Shown here piece by piece: positions 40,631 to 54,930 of a stretch of 64,000 nucleotides of DNA; positions within the stretch are counted from its first letter, which is position 1; every line of letters starts with the position of its first letter. Location of the stretch: contig NC_042999.1 in assembly GCF_006345805.1 (NCBI RefSeq), forward strand, positions 52,080,001 through 52,144,000, in the 5' to 3' direction. Made by a program: the position numbers and the translations under genes. The stretch comes from Octopus sinensis. Its lineage: Eukaryota. The notes under the pieces are model-generated. The model was not told where the DNA came from, did no database searches, and was given only the letters and a program-made list of their open reading frames with translations.

Positions 40631-43600
40631 ACTACCGTTAATCCAGTCTTTTACTCTCGGTCGGAATTTTCCTTGCATGAGGAAACGTAACAGTTTATTC
40701 ATCCCTTCAAAGGACAATGTCTCTGAGTCCGTTTTCTATTGGTCAGTGACCCGTTCCTTCTCAGTCTCTGTCCCCATCGTCAGCTTTAATTCTCAGTCCA
40801 CTAACGCCCTGCTCCCATCCCTCCTTTTTTTCCACCACTGTCCGCTTTTCTAACTCCTCTATTTCTAACTCCAGTTTTCAAGATGAGACAAAAATATCTT
40901 TCATCACTACGTCTTTTGCCTTCTTCGGTGAATACTAACAGGGTCTCTCTAGTACTAGATCTCTCGATGTCTGATAACCATACTTCATGTATCGTCGGTT
41001 CTTGCTTTGGATATGTCAGTACTATTGCTATCAGCAACACCGTTTCAAAAAAGGCATACAAAATTTACCATCTATAGATTCCACTCCATTTCATTTGCAT
41101 AATTACGGTCTGTCTAGTCTCCCCTTCTTTCTTTCGCTCTGTCTGTCTGTCTGTCTGCCTCTCTCTCTCTCCTTACTTTATCGCTTTTTATCTGTCTCTA
41201 TATTCTCTCATTTAATTTAACCAAGTGTGGCCGTTTGTACTGTAGAAACATGTAAGATTTTGGCGAGTTCTATACGAGTCAAAGATGATAATGAATAAAT
41301 GATATATACTCGTATTAAGTGGCAATATATAACGGTAGAAATATTGCTACATTCGTAGACACCTCATTAGTGAAATATATAAAAGGTATCAACGGAAATT
41401 AGCAACAAGCGAAATATTACGTACAGATGTTTATGGCGTCAAACGTGTTTGAACATTTCCGGTTAATGACGCCTTTTATACTGTTTCAGAATTAATTGAT
41501 CTCACTTGTATAATAATGCTGACTGTATGTAGTTCCCAGATTGTGTTGAAACTTAATTTAAACAAAATGAAAAATATAGACGAAATGAAGTAAACAAAAT
41601 TACATTAACAACTTGTTGTAAATGCTATTGGTAATGCATTCGAATGTTTTCCGTTCATTTACCTCGGGTATGTAGTGTTTGTAAGGGGTGGCGATAATCA
41701 TTGGAAATATTAAAAAAACGTTGAACAGAAAATATGTGATTCTTTGGCTTGTCCGTACATTGGTGATTAAAATAATGTTTGAAGTAATAAATGCTTATGT
41801 ATACATGCTTACTCACGTAATGACATTCATATATACGTGTGTTTGTGCATGTGTGTGTGTGTGTGTGAATATCTCTGTATATATATATATACAAACACGC
41901 ATATATAAGTATATATATATATACACACAAACACACACACACACACACATATATATGTGTAAATATATGTGTATGTATGTAGTTTGTGTGTGTATGTATG
42001 TATGCAAATCAGATTCACTTAACTAGTGTTGGCGTAAAGTTTCACAGAAAGAAAGAACTCTAGGACTTGTGTATTCATTACCGTTTCGTATTTAGAAATT
42101 TAGTGTCTTATTTGTGATATGATAGAAGATCTAGATAACTATTAATTAGACATATCAAAGACCTAGGTTTAATTATACCTTAGAGCTTTACAGAAATTTT
42201 GGCATGTATTTGCAGTTTTTGAAACTCTTAATTGTCTCTGATATGGAAATAAGAAACAATGACCACAGGCTTTTGCAACAAGTGTTAGATTCAACTCAGA
42301 GACACCCAATATACGTGATTGATTTTCCACAAGTTAATCAGGCAAAGTAGTTTATAGTGAAATCCTGTCAACGCCTCGCTTGTTCAAGTTGAAATTTCAT
42401 TAATAATGGAATCTCCGACACATAAATTTATCCAAATAAAATTCTCATTTCTAAAATCATGATTTACTAAAAGAAGCGACAATTTTAGCGACGAAAGTCT
42501 TAGGAATTAGGACGTTCAAAACTTTTCTAGAACCATTAGTATTCTAGAACTGTTATAACGAAAAGAAAAAATCTGCTGGTGATGTCATTGTTATCCATTG
42601 ACGACAAGGAACAAAGCTATAATCATTTAAATATTTCATTGTTAACATCTCTGAAGAGTAACATTCGAGCCAGATGTAATTTAGAACTAACGGCTGAAGT
42701 ACAGGTTGGCCTATTTCTCATGTCTGGTTTACATTCCTTCTTATAATGTCTGATATAACATTAGCATGAGATTCTTGGCAATTAATTCCAGTACAAGCAC
42801 GAAGTCATTTGTTTTGGAGAGGTGAAAATTTTGTAATTAAAATGTAGCCAAAGTGTTTTGAAATGAAAATGGAAGGTGATGGCTGAGTGAACTTCACGGA
42901 TATTAAAGTTGACCATTTTTTACTCGTCCCCTATTTTAGCTCCCATATTAGATTGTTGTTGGGGATTAAAAGAACAACATGAATAAACGATCGTTGATTG
43001 CATTATGTTTATCCCAGTCAGTGTCACATCCAAACCATTGAAAGAACGACCCTTATTTTAAAGTTTTGATGCAAAAGCTATTTAAAAGCTCGACATTAAC
43101 TAAGTAAGCACTATCTTTTCGTGTGCTTGAAGTTGCAAACATCTGCAGAGATACGCTTTATCAGACACAAAATTATGAATGGAAACTTCCGTAAACGTAT
43201 GAATGGGTATGGGTGTGTATGTGTGAATACGTATGTGTGTGAGTGAAACAAGTGATGCTTCTTTTTTTTTTACAAAAATGTAATACTGTAAATATCTCTC
43301 CGCGTGTATGTACAACCGGCTACAATGTGTGACAAACAAATACACATATATACATATGTAATTGTGATAATTGTAAATATATATAGATCCCTCTCTATAT
43401 ATGTGTGTGTACGTATACACACAACACATACACACACACTTAAACACACTTTGATATATTTATATTACATATATAATGTATATACACAGATATATTATAT
43501 TAATATATACACATAAGTATATGATAAGAGTTTCAGATATTTGTCTTAAACATTGAGACAAACAAATTCATGATTCAGATGTATCACATGAGATATTACT

Positions 43601-43751
43601 CCATTCATATAACCACATATTTATATTAAGATAGTGATGCCTTAATATAAATCTCTAGCTCATATACGAGCGAAAAAGCAGTTGTTCTATATACTGGAGC
43701 CTTATCTCCATTAAAATTCTCGTATATATATATATATATATACATACATAC

Positions 43752-43828
<77 letters not shown>

Positions 43829-43837
43829 CACACCTAA

Positions 43838-43931
<94 letters not shown>

Positions 43932-45475
43932 CACGCACACATACACACACAAATATCTAAGCTATATGCATACCATGACAAATGATATTTAATCAGGAAT
44001 ACAAACGTAATTATTTGCAAAGAAAATTACAGTTTGCCTTCAGCTGTCATTGTTGAAAACTTGAAATATTTTATTCTTTCATTGCATCTTTTGCTTACTC
44101 CCGTTCTATCTTCCCCGTTCTTCTCATTCCCAATCTGCTTGTTGTTGTCGCTGTTGTGAATCATGATCACGATTATCATTACGATCATCATGATGATCAT
44201 CATCTTCATCATCTACATTGTCTTTCTCTTCTTGAAATCCTTTTATCTCCTTCCGTTTTTTACAGTCTTTTTATTACATTGTGATTAATGGTAACAAAAG
44301 TCATTGATGACGGTTTTATTCTCTCAAAGACATTTTTCAAGTAAGATTAAAACTTGATACACATCTTGGACATGTTTTGGAAAGAAACAGAAAAGAAATC
44401 ATAAGGAAGCAAATGATAGTTATCTTTCATCATTAGTTTAAAGAATCTGAAGAGAAAATATACGAAACGAAAGATTAAATTATATTTCATTATTGAAATC
44501 TGCCGGATTTTTCTCCAATAATTGATCTCAATTGTATTTATCATATTTCATCTTTTTTTTTGTTGCAGTTGGAGATTGATTTTGAAACGGAACTTCCTTG
44601 GAGAGTGAAGTTAAGAGTAAAACAGCTGTGTATATCATTGTTGGTATACTGGAGGAAAAGTTTGATTCTGAAGAAAAGAAAAACATTTTCGCTTTTGTTT
44701 AACAGGTACCTTTTTAAGTTACCTGTCGACTCGGGTTCGTATCTTGGTTTCGTTGTTGTATTACAATGGTTTCCCTTGGTTGCATACTGAATGCGTGTTG
44801 TAAAGCATGGAAGTCACAGTTTTACAAAATCTTCTATTGTTATCCGCTGAATACCATTGATTAACAGTTAACCGTTATTCAACGTCTCCTTCACTTGGTA
44901 TGGAAAAAGCCAGGATAATTTAGTTTCACTGTTTAAAATGGTCTCCTGTTGTTGCATCGGTATTTCATCATTTGTGAACATATTATCTTATTAGGGATCG
45001 AATATTATTAAATCAGAGATGGGACATTAATCATTGATTAATTTATTTTATTTCCAGACTGGTCTTCAGATTGACAATGTGTATGCATCAATGCCAGGAT
45101 ATCACTGTGCTCGTTTCAAAGAAATTTATAAAGTAAAGATTAAATTACTTCTAAAGTAAAAATATATAAATAAACGTGGCCAATAAGAATGAATGTTGTG
45201 TGATTTGTTAGGTGCCAGTGGTTAGGCTAAAGAAAGATGTCATGTTTCCAAAGTGAATGGGAGGAGAACACATGACTAGCAATAATACTGGAAAAATTGG
45301 CTTCTTACAAAGAATCTCATTTACGCATCAAAGAGCATTTTAGATAAACAACTACTTGAACCAAAAATAGTGAATCTAGCACAATTGCATTCAAAATGAG
45401 AGTTGATGAAGAATGATGTCAAAACAGGGACGACAGATACTGGTTGCTTAAAATATAATTGTGAAGAATATCCAA

Positions 45476-45575
45476 GGCTGGCTGTGTAGTAGGACGTTTA
45501 CTTCCCAGACTCATGGTTCTGGGTTCAGTTCCACTGCCTAGCAACTGACCGGCCAAAGCCTTGGGAGTGGATTTA
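45476..45575 (+). mobile_element. SINE family A head remnant
   Basis: GGCTGTGTAGTAGG...CATGGTTCTGGGTTCAGTTCCACTGC. Confidence 0.65.
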
Positions 45576-45967
45576 AGCCTCAGTCACATTTTAAAAAAGA
45601 AAATTATATCAAACTTGGTAATGTTAATTTAATTTAAACATTACCAACTATGTGAGAGTAACCGAAAAGATCCAAGAATTAAAAAATACACACATTAGGC
45701 AATACCCTTAATTATATTTTCAGTTTCTGTTTTATACGATGTATCTAGATTATATTAGCTTTCACGGCTGATACACTGTACTTTAAGACATACCTACTGG
45801 AGGATTTGAGTTTAGTGGTGAGAGAGCTCTTAAGACACGTATCAGTTATTCTGTCATCTAGCTATTTACTTCTGCATCTCTAATAATGTTGTTTCATTAC
45901 GATAAAAACGGACATTGCCATCTGTTAATCAAAGACTGTTTTTTTTTGTTTCAACTAAAGCAAATCT

Positions 45968-47056
45968 TTATGGTTGATGTGCTTTATCTAGTTCTAGATC
46001 ATAGTCAAAATGTTCGAAATCTAAATAGTGCTTTTCGCGTATTTTCTTCAGAAGCTTAGGACTTATAGTTTGGTAAGCCTTTGCGAAATACATCTGGCGT
46101 TGATCGCTCCATTCTTTTCGATTTGTCACGGGGTTATTGTTATATATTTTGTTGAATACAGAATTAACAGTTTCAGGATGCAAGATTGTCGCATTTACGA
46201 AATCCACAGCATTGAAGACTGTACCTCTGTGAATATAACCTTGAATTTGGAAAGCAGAAACTAACTTCGAAAATATTAATTTCTCCTCGTAGCAATGTTT
46301 GGGTGACCTGCCACTGACATGTTTAATTGTAGACCCAATTAGATCTTCCATGGCTGAAATGGAATAGTTGTTGTGGGGTATTTTACTATTTTCTAAAACA
46401 GTCTTTTTTTATATCCATTTGTCCAAAGAAATCTGCCCTATATTTTACAAATGCTTCTAGCTTGATAATGAAATTATACTTTACAGAACACGATTTGCAT
46501 AAATTAGTGATCGGATTCCATGGCAGGTTGGAATTATCATTGCGTTCAGCGGTTATAAGTTGGAAAAATTCGTGGAATTGGACATCGTTGCCACATGTTA
46601 CAGAATATGGACTCTTTCTATTCACATACGTTTGTATTTTTACTGCAAGAGTCGGCCATCTCTCAGGTAAAGATATTTTATCAACCTATACCGAATAGAG
46701 GCGAGTAAAATGATTTCGTGTGACAATAAGTCTATTTCGTGTGTTTCCAAATTCCTGAGTTCTTGAAAGATTTGGATGGTTCATCGTATGCATGTGGAAA
46801 TGCAATGCTTCAAATGGATTTATTTCTGTTTTCCGTGTCTCCCCAGGGCACATGAAACCCGCATTCAATAAGTGCAATATACTTTAGGAACTTTGCAGTA
46901 AATCAAATCCAATGGCCGAAACAGCCACAATTCCTTTGAAATTTATCTCATGAAAACCAAGTTCCTTGCACGTTTCTTGTAATGATTTTTCTCTTCGTTG
47001 AAATTGCGATTCAAATAAAATTATTGAATCCTGATTCCGAAAACCGAAATATTTAC
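45968..47056 (-). pseudogene. Carbohydrate sulfotransferase (Sulfotransfer_2, CHST8-14-like) catalytic exon, disrupted
   Basis: Acceptor TTTTTCAG ending at 47057; 5'-PSB-like IYCKVPKVYCTY*, 3'-PB-like RNHFTRLYSV*VDK, WNPITNLCKSCSVKYNF.IKLE and C-terminal HYLDFEHFDY; in-frame stops and frameshifts. Confidence 0.85.
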
Positions 47057-47443
47057 CTGAAAAATTGAAAGAATTTGCATTTTAGTTATTATTAAATAAT
47101 ATTGCTTATTCTTCTCGAGCATTTACGTATAATAATGCTGACTGGACAGTGCTGATATTAATTCCTTCATGAAGGCTGTGGTATTTTAAATGTAAAAAAC
47201 AAAAAAATGCCTTCACTCACGAATTGAAATCGCTTTATACAGAACGGTGACAAGCTAACCTCTTTACGGGAATTTTGGGGCTACTTGATTTGTATAATTA
47301 CAAAACGTAGCCTAATGGTATGAATTTTAGTAATTCAAGTATGTAGCGATGTTGTCGAATTCTTCTCCCCGTGAAGCATCCTAATCGATCGAATATAAGA
47401 TCGCTTAAATATGTATCAATGATGCACTGTAGCATTTTGAGTT

Positions 47444-47620
47444 GCAGTAAACCCTCGACTATCGCGGGTGTTACGTTCCAGATCCCCATATCCGCGATAA
47501 GTGAAAATCCCCGAAATAGAAACAATACTGTGCTATATATTTTTTTAAAATTATTTTTATAATTTGTATATATTTATTTTATTATAAATGCAAAGCAACA
47601 CCACGGAGGAATCGGCGTAA
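47444..47620. mobile_element. pogo/Tigger-like DNA transposon end
   Basis: CAGTAAACCCTCGACTATCGCGGGTGTTACGTTCCAGA..CCGCGATAAGTGAAAATCC is typical of Tigger-like termini; partner end not found. Confidence 0.6.
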
Positions 47621-48344
47621 GATCAAATAATAAATAATAAATTAATAATTATTCTAGTTTTGAAAATTATTGCGATATTTTGTAAATCTCTCCAGTTGAA
47701 ATACAGAATAATTTGTAAAATGGGAGTCTTTACAATAAAAACCATTCCCTAAGTACAGAATGTCCACTTCATTTACCTTAGTCTTTTCTTCGCATTGCAA
47801 TATATTTTTTCACTCAGCATGGATTCTTCTCGGTCTTTATCTCACACTGGAATATATTTCTCAACCCAAGCTTTTTTTCGTTCTTAGGAATGGATCTGTT
47901 AATATATACACTTATTGATCTATTGATCACCCTTAATCTTTTACCTGCTGAACTAAAACACTCGCGTATAGGTCTATCAATGAACTTATAAGACTTCATT
48001 CACTTCTTTAATTCTTTAATCATGGAATTACATAACGCAGTTACTTCTCAGTAGCACTCATAACTATGAATATCCTTAATTAAGTATCTGTCTTTCTGTA
48101 TCGCTTCACCTTGATCTCTCTGATGACGACATATTTGGATCACGTGAATTCGTCACGCATTAACATGACCCACTCGCTCAGGTATTCCATAAACAGCTGT
48201 AAGACACTCTGCTTAGGGACCATAACTGTTCTATACTTCGTATTTTTGTAACTTATTATGAAGTAAATATCCTTGAATAACACCAGATGTATGTATATAG
48301 ATAATGTTTGATAATGTTTGAGTATGGCCATTGCACGAAGCTTA

Positions 48345-48550
48345 ACTGTTATTGGTGCTGTGATCGAATGTAACTTTTTAGCCAGACTAAAGATCTACAA
48401 TGTCTGGTACAGAATTGGCAGCTAAAACCTTTACCAGTAATAGCCGGCTGTAGTTGTAACTGGGCTTCATGTACCTTTGCATGTCGTTTAAGTCCCCCTG
48501 CCGAATTACTACATGCAAACAAAACATACATAAGTGTGGTAGGTGTTCTA
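48345..48550 (-). mobile_element. RTE-like LINE 3' fragment
   Basis: Terminal C2H2-like finger FSCQFCTRHCRSLVWLKSYIRS. Confidence 0.5.
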
Positions 48551-49469
48551 ATTCCTCAGAAAATACAAAAAGCATTTAAAGGGATGGAAAATTCTAACTT
48601 TGTGAATTATCTTATTATTCGCCTGTTCGGCAGAAATATATGAAAACTTATACAACATTTCTGTTGACATGTTGAAACATTGAACACTCTTAATGTACCG
48701 AGGAAGTGAAATATCTCTTGTACCACACCAAATTTCCCACTAAGTAATTCTTTCCCGATCACTGGCGCGCTTGACTGCCTTGTTGATTATCTGTAAAACA
48801 ATATGAAGTAAGTGATTGTAACAAGATGTACAGTAAAAGCCTTATGTTAAATGTCAATATAAATAGCACTAGAGTTCTATAGCCGAGTGGTTGGAGGTTA
48901 ATAGCATCTCTCTAGCCACAACAGAAATGTCTAGAAAGTATATGAATTGACAATAAGATCTTTGGCCTCTAAAATCATGACATTGTTTCGGAGTTGTAAG
49001 AAATATACAATGACGAAGCAGACCATTCTTTTAAAAATGAAAATCAAACATTTTAAGAGCGGGATTGATGAAAGATGCGTAGCGCAAAACAGGAAATCGT
49101 GGTGGGAAAACAACAGAGAATGAATGACAGATTCGAAGGAATAGCTTTCTGAGCGAATACCAATGTATTCAGTAATACCAGTGTAATCGATTGGAATTGT
49201 TGATACGAACTACTTTAAAATGTTTGTCATTCTTTACAAATAACGAATGACTCATACGAATAATATCTAACAGAGACTTCTGTATTACCTCTTATTCATT
49301 TCTTATTAGGTTAATAATTGTACTTGAATGCACGATGTCTTTCCACAAAGTCGTTGTTGTGATGCAGCTTAACTGTTGTTTAAAAGTGCTGCAGTTTTCA
49401 CGGCGATTTAAATTTAATTTCACTATTTGTGTTGATATATTTTGACACTGAGTTTCATAGGAAATATTT

Positions 49470-49522
<53 letters not shown>

Positions 49523-49998
49523 TATGAGTATGTTTATATATATATATATGTAAATTTATATAAATAAGGATAAGATCGTTAATTTAAAAATAAAATTACA
49601 ATTTTATCAAGTGGTCAGCATGGAAAAATAACCTTTGAAGGTTATATATATATATATACATATGCATATATACATACATATATGTACGTACCTACATCTA
49701 TATGTATATATACATGCATATATGGGTACAGGATATAAAAAAAAACGTCGAACACAATGAGAAACGAAAACATAAAAACAAAACCATGGAAAAGGACAAT
49801 TTTTTTAAAACAACGAAAAAACACAGTACAAGACATACAACACAAGGAAAATTATCCTTCTTCAGCTGCCTCTGCTTCGTCTACTCCGTGTTTCGAAGGT
49901 ATTTGTTATTATATGATGGAACGCCACGCATCCACTTTCAAGTAAGTTTTATCTTACATATACATACACACACACACACATACACACACAAACACACG

Positions 49999-50076
<78 letters not shown>

Positions 50077-50077
50077 A

Positions 50078-50630
50078 TTAACTGCGGAACTCGAAGTGAC
50101 ACAATGAAGCTACACAAAGAAAATAGTCTCAGCGCAACACAACAGCTACCGAGAAAGGCTGAAAGAGTTAAAACTCCTCTCTCGAGAACGAACGCGGGAA
50201 AGATATATAGCGATATACATCTGGAAAATCCTGGAAGGCCTCGTACCAAAACTTTGGCATCGCAAGTTACGCAAACAGCAGGGCGAGGCACTACAGTATA
50301 ATGCCGAAGATCCTAGCGTCGCCATCAAAATGCAGAATCAGATACTGCAACAGCTTCAGTTTCAAGGGCCCATAACTCTTTAATATCTTATCAAAATGCC
50401 TAAGAGGCCTGCGTGGTGTGGATGTAGGTGTATTCAAAACAAAAGCAGATCGCCTCCTGTCAAGGGTTCAAGATGAGCCGAAAGCACAGATGAGGGTAGC
50501 AGCCACAATCTTCCTTATTCACCAAATGCCACATATCAGAGGAAGTTCCAAATAATGGTTGTAGCGCAGCCGACGGTGGCGCCCCAACATGGCCGCAGCT
50601 TTAAAGCTGAAACGATTTAGAGAAATTAAA
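50078..50630 (+). mobile_element. CR1/L2-like LINE 3' fragment
   Basis: Homologous to 24560-25070 (YIWKILEGLVP, RYCNSFSFKGP, VDVGVFKTK). Confidence 0.8.
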
Positions 50631-50743
50631 TAAAAATACACACACACACGTATAAAGTATATAGTTTAATTAGAGCTTGTTATGAACAACAATAACGACA
50701 ACAACAGCAACAACAACAGCAACAACAACAACAACAATATAAT

Positions 50744-51288
50744 TGCCCTGATGCAGTACCAGACAGTGGCTCTCATGGCTTCTGATCTTAACTGATTGGA
50801 AGTGTTATCATGTACATTGTTTTGTCTTGGTATAAAAGATGGGCTACAACAAATATTCTGCTCAATACCACAGATTTGCTTGTCAGTTGTTTGACCATAA
50901 CCAGTTGAGCATGTCCCTTAGTGGCTGACGATATGTGCATCTCTGACCACGAGCAGAAGTAGTGGGGGAGCATCATAGCCGTGTGTTGAAAGAAATTCTT
51001 GGAGGTTTGGATAATTCACCTTTGGAAACATGGGTTGTTCGTTCAACATCCTTAAACAATCTTTATTCAGGGACCTTTTGAGCGGGATGGGTTACTCGAC
51101 CAAACGAAAATTCTAACTGGGCCCCGCATGTGCTGTTTATCTTGATTTGAGATCACCATGTCGCGCACATATGGTTGTGATGCATGTGCCTGGTGTACCC
51201 TTATCAGACGGGTAGTTATGATGGGTATACTGGGCTTCGTATATTTCACCCCAGTGTCACTTTGATGGCATTAACTGCTCTCTAACTC
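50744..51288 (+). mobile_element. 555-bp-family non-coding element, copy 2
   Basis: Same TGCCCTGATGCAGTACC start and ACTC end as 35715-36269; (CAA)n upstream, (AAT)n downstream. Confidence 0.8.
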
Positions 51289-51677
51289 AATAATAATAAT
51301 AATAACAATACCTCACATTAATACAGAAGGAAAATGTAGTGCTCATTGTGAGCTATATGCGAATTACTATTATTATGAAGGCAATTCAGTCGAAGACTAA
51401 CAAAACATAATAGAAATACGCATTCAACATTTATATAAACATATATCCTCTATAAAATGGAAATAAGATACACAAATATATATAGACAAATATCAATGCC
51501 ATGCATAAAACACGATTGAATTTAGATAAAAACGATGGAATTTAAGAACATCTAAAATTATATATTGTATGATGAATTAAAAATTTAACTTACAGACATA
51601 ATAGTTAAAGACATCATAGTTCTGGAAGGAAAGTGTCACTATAAGAAACATTTCTTTTTAATGTTATTATCAGTCGG

Positions 51678-52119
51678 AATACGCTTGATGCACGTTAGAA
51701 CTGAGGAAGAAACTACTCGCTGCGTTTTGACACGAAAAATATATCTCTTTTGTTGACTGCGTCACCTCCCTAGACTGTGAGATGCTAGCATTTCAGGGTA
51801 GTTATCTGCTCCTCGGTCACAGACACTAGGAAGACGACGCTTCGGTGAACCGCCGTATAGTACTACCAAATACTGTATGGTGACTGGAAAAGCATAAGAG
51901 AGCCAATTTCTTCAGTCAGCTCGTTGCATCGTCTGCCTAGTGTCTGTGAACGAAGAAGAGATAACTATTCCGAAATGCTAGCATCGAACAGTCTAGATAG
52001 GTGGCGCTGCGAGCTGATCTAGATGTATACACACCATTCGTCAACAAACGAGATATATTCTCCGTGACAAAACGCAGTGAGTATCTTGTTCCCCAGTTCG
52101 AACGCGCATCAAGCATATT
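51678..52119. mobile_element. MITE-like element with long imperfect inverted arms
   Basis: 51678-51830 is the approximate reverse complement of 51936-52119. Confidence 0.75.
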
Positions 52120-52751
52120 CATTATGATAAATATATCACAGTTTTACTTATCACTGCTTAGCGTTCCCTTCCGTAATATTTCTCTCTTTTGTCCACCTTT
52201 CAAACGTTTCAGAGTATTTTGAAAAGAAGGATTACATTAAGTTGATAAGAGCTACATATCATGGTTTCTTACTTTCTCATAAATCTCTTTCGGTAATGGA
52301 CAAGGTATATAGGAAATTGTTTGTAGGAAAGCCCATTGATAGCATTTATTTCATTAAGTGCTAGAACTATATGATGTTATGCCCATAGTTAAGTTAAATA
52401 TCTTAAGTTGTCAGAATGAAATACACTAAAGCTCTTATCACCATTCCTTCTCCTGCATGTAAGTCATCTATAACTAAGAAAATTTGTAAGTATAAGATAT
52501 ACTATTAGAAATACTAACGACTCTATGATTTCACCTATCATTTCGGTAGATGTACATTATAGAGACTACATGATATATTGAAAATATCGCCGAAAGATAA
52601 AAGATGAGATTAATATCCACGATAAGAATATTTCCGGTGACATGATCGTTCTAAGCTAGTGAGTCTGCCGGTGTTTAAAGGTGTAGGGTTTTTCCATTTA
52701 TTTATTGTGAGACGTTCGCCCATTTATAAATATTGAAGGCTAATATATATT

Positions 52752-52955
52752 AGACCCGCGCAGTTGTCGAGTGGTACCCGTGCAAGCGGAAACGACCACC
52801 CGGAAGACCTCCACGCCGGTGGAGTTACGATTTCAGGAGGACGATTGGGATCACATGGATAAGAAAGGCGCGATCCAGAGAGAAGTGGACAGCGTGCTGT
52901 GACCAGTGGTTTCAAATGGACGCCCGACGGACTGGTCGGTCAAGGTCAAGGTCAA
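52752..52955 (+). mobile_element. RTE LINE 3' fragment
   Basis: KRKRPPGRPPRRW...W...ARSREKW; (GGTCAA)n tail; AATATATATT on both flanks. Confidence 0.75.
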
Positions 52956-53379
52956 TATATATTTATACATAATTATCTATATGTGTGTATGTGTTTAATG
53001 TATATTTAGAGGCAATTATGCAGATAAACAAATTAGATACGTTAAATATATTCGCCTAATTGCCTCCATATCTGCTCAACTTGATCACCCTTACTGCCAT
53101 TCTTTACCCCGTGAAATTTATCCCCGGTAAAGACATCAGGGTCTAAGTTTGGATCACTTGAGCACAAGTAAGTCTTCTACATGGATATCATCAGATGATT
53201 ATAGATATGTACATCGTGTCACGCAGCATACTGCGTTGTTTCGCTGTTTTATTGTTTCGTCAAATTGCCTAGTTTGTCCTGATACGCTCCGTCGAATAAC
53301 CCCATCGGAAGGTGTGACTATGTTCGAATAAACTGTGATATAGGCATGGATCAATTTAAAGGATTACATAAATAGATAA

Positions 53380-53589
53380 ATGCTTCCAGCCATGCCAGTC
53401 TCAGTGGAGTACATATTTCCCACCTGATGGGACGTCGGTCCGTCGCAGGGTTGCACATTATTGTCAGCTGAGTGGGCTGGAGCAACGTGAGATGAAGTGT
53501 TTTGTTCAAGAACCCAATGCATCGCCCGGTCTAGGAATCGAAACCACAATCTTACGATCACGAGTGGAACAACCCTAACCACGCCTCCA
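53380..53589 (-). mobile_element. SINE family C-like, diverged
   Basis: B-box-like GGTTTCGATTCCTAGACCGG on the reverse strand. Confidence 0.65.
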
Positions 53590-53602
53590 CTTCTAGATTA
53601 CA

Positions 53603-54013
53603 TTCTCTTTCTCTTTTCTCTTTTACTTGTTTCAATCATTTGACTGCGGCCATGCTGGAGCACCGCCTTTAATCGAGCAACTCGACCCCGGGACTTATTC
53701 TTTGTAAGCCCAGTACTTATTCTATCGGTCTCTTTTTTGCCGAACCGCTAAGTGACGGGGACATAAACACACCAGCATCGGTTGTCAAGCAATGCTAGGG
53801 GGACAAACACAGACACACAAACATATACATATATATATATACATATATACGACAGGCTTCTTTCAGTTTCCGTCTACCAAATCCACTCACAAGGCATTGG
53901 TCGGCCCGGGGCTATAGCAGAAGACACTTGCCCAAGATGCCACGCAGTGGGACTGAACCCGGAACCATGTGGTTGGTTAGCAAGCTACTTACCACACAGC
54001 CACTCCTGCGCCT
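53603..54013 (-). mobile_element. SINE family A, full length and uninterrupted
   Basis: Colinear with 466-893 and with the split copy at 13175-15927. Confidence 0.92.
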
Positions 54014-54532
54014 ATGCTAGTATGTAAACCAAAAGTAAAAGTATAAGGAAGGTTATCGGTACATAAATGGACTTCGTATAACTGACTTATATATGGGAGA
54101 GTGCAAGCTGAAAGCGATTCGATTTCTATTTCTAACAAGCCGAGCACGGAACACACACAGATACCCAACAACTGGACGTACCATACTTGAATCTAACACA
54201 TGAATAACGTATGTGAATATCCTATGTGAATATCTCATGTGAATATTCTGTGCACCACGATATTTTGACCTTTAAGAATATCAAAGTAACATTTAAAAAC
54301 CACTGACAGTACATAACTAATAGAAAATGTTAAAGGACAACATATAAAAGCGTAACGCTTTCGATGCACTTTGAAATTTAGCAGATGTTTCACATTCTAT
54401 GCAAAAGGGGCAATAATGAAATCCAGCAAAAAATACTTAAAATTATTCTTAGCGGAAAGAATTATATGATATCATGTATAGAAATTTGTATAACGGTATC
54501 TGTTTGTCTGTCTGTTGCCTGTCTGTCTCTGA

Positions 54533-54534
<2 letters not shown>

Positions 54535-54612
<78 letters not shown>
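54535..54612. repeat. (TATC)n microsatellite
   Basis: Direct reading. Confidence 0.95.
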
Positions 54613-54820
54613 AAAACTTTTTTATGTCCTTAACATGTCCCTGTTACCAAAGACTGTATATATGTAATATAGCAATTTGTAACAACCAATGTTTAACGCA
54701 ATCAAACTTCTACATGTTACTTTTGACAATCTTTTTCCAAAGAGTGAAGCCGGTAAAGTAAATAAACATCATTTAATTTTCATTTTCAAACCTTCTTTCG
54801 TATATAAATATACATATATA

Positions 54821-54853
<33 letters not shown>

Positions 54854-54885
54854 ATGTGTGTATGCGCGTGTGTATGCGTGTATTT

Positions 54886-54930
<45 letters not shown>

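Noticed and set aside
49840-49905. GAAAC and CTGAAGA boxes on the minus strand
   Set aside because: Could not build stem I; probably pseudo-LTR debris
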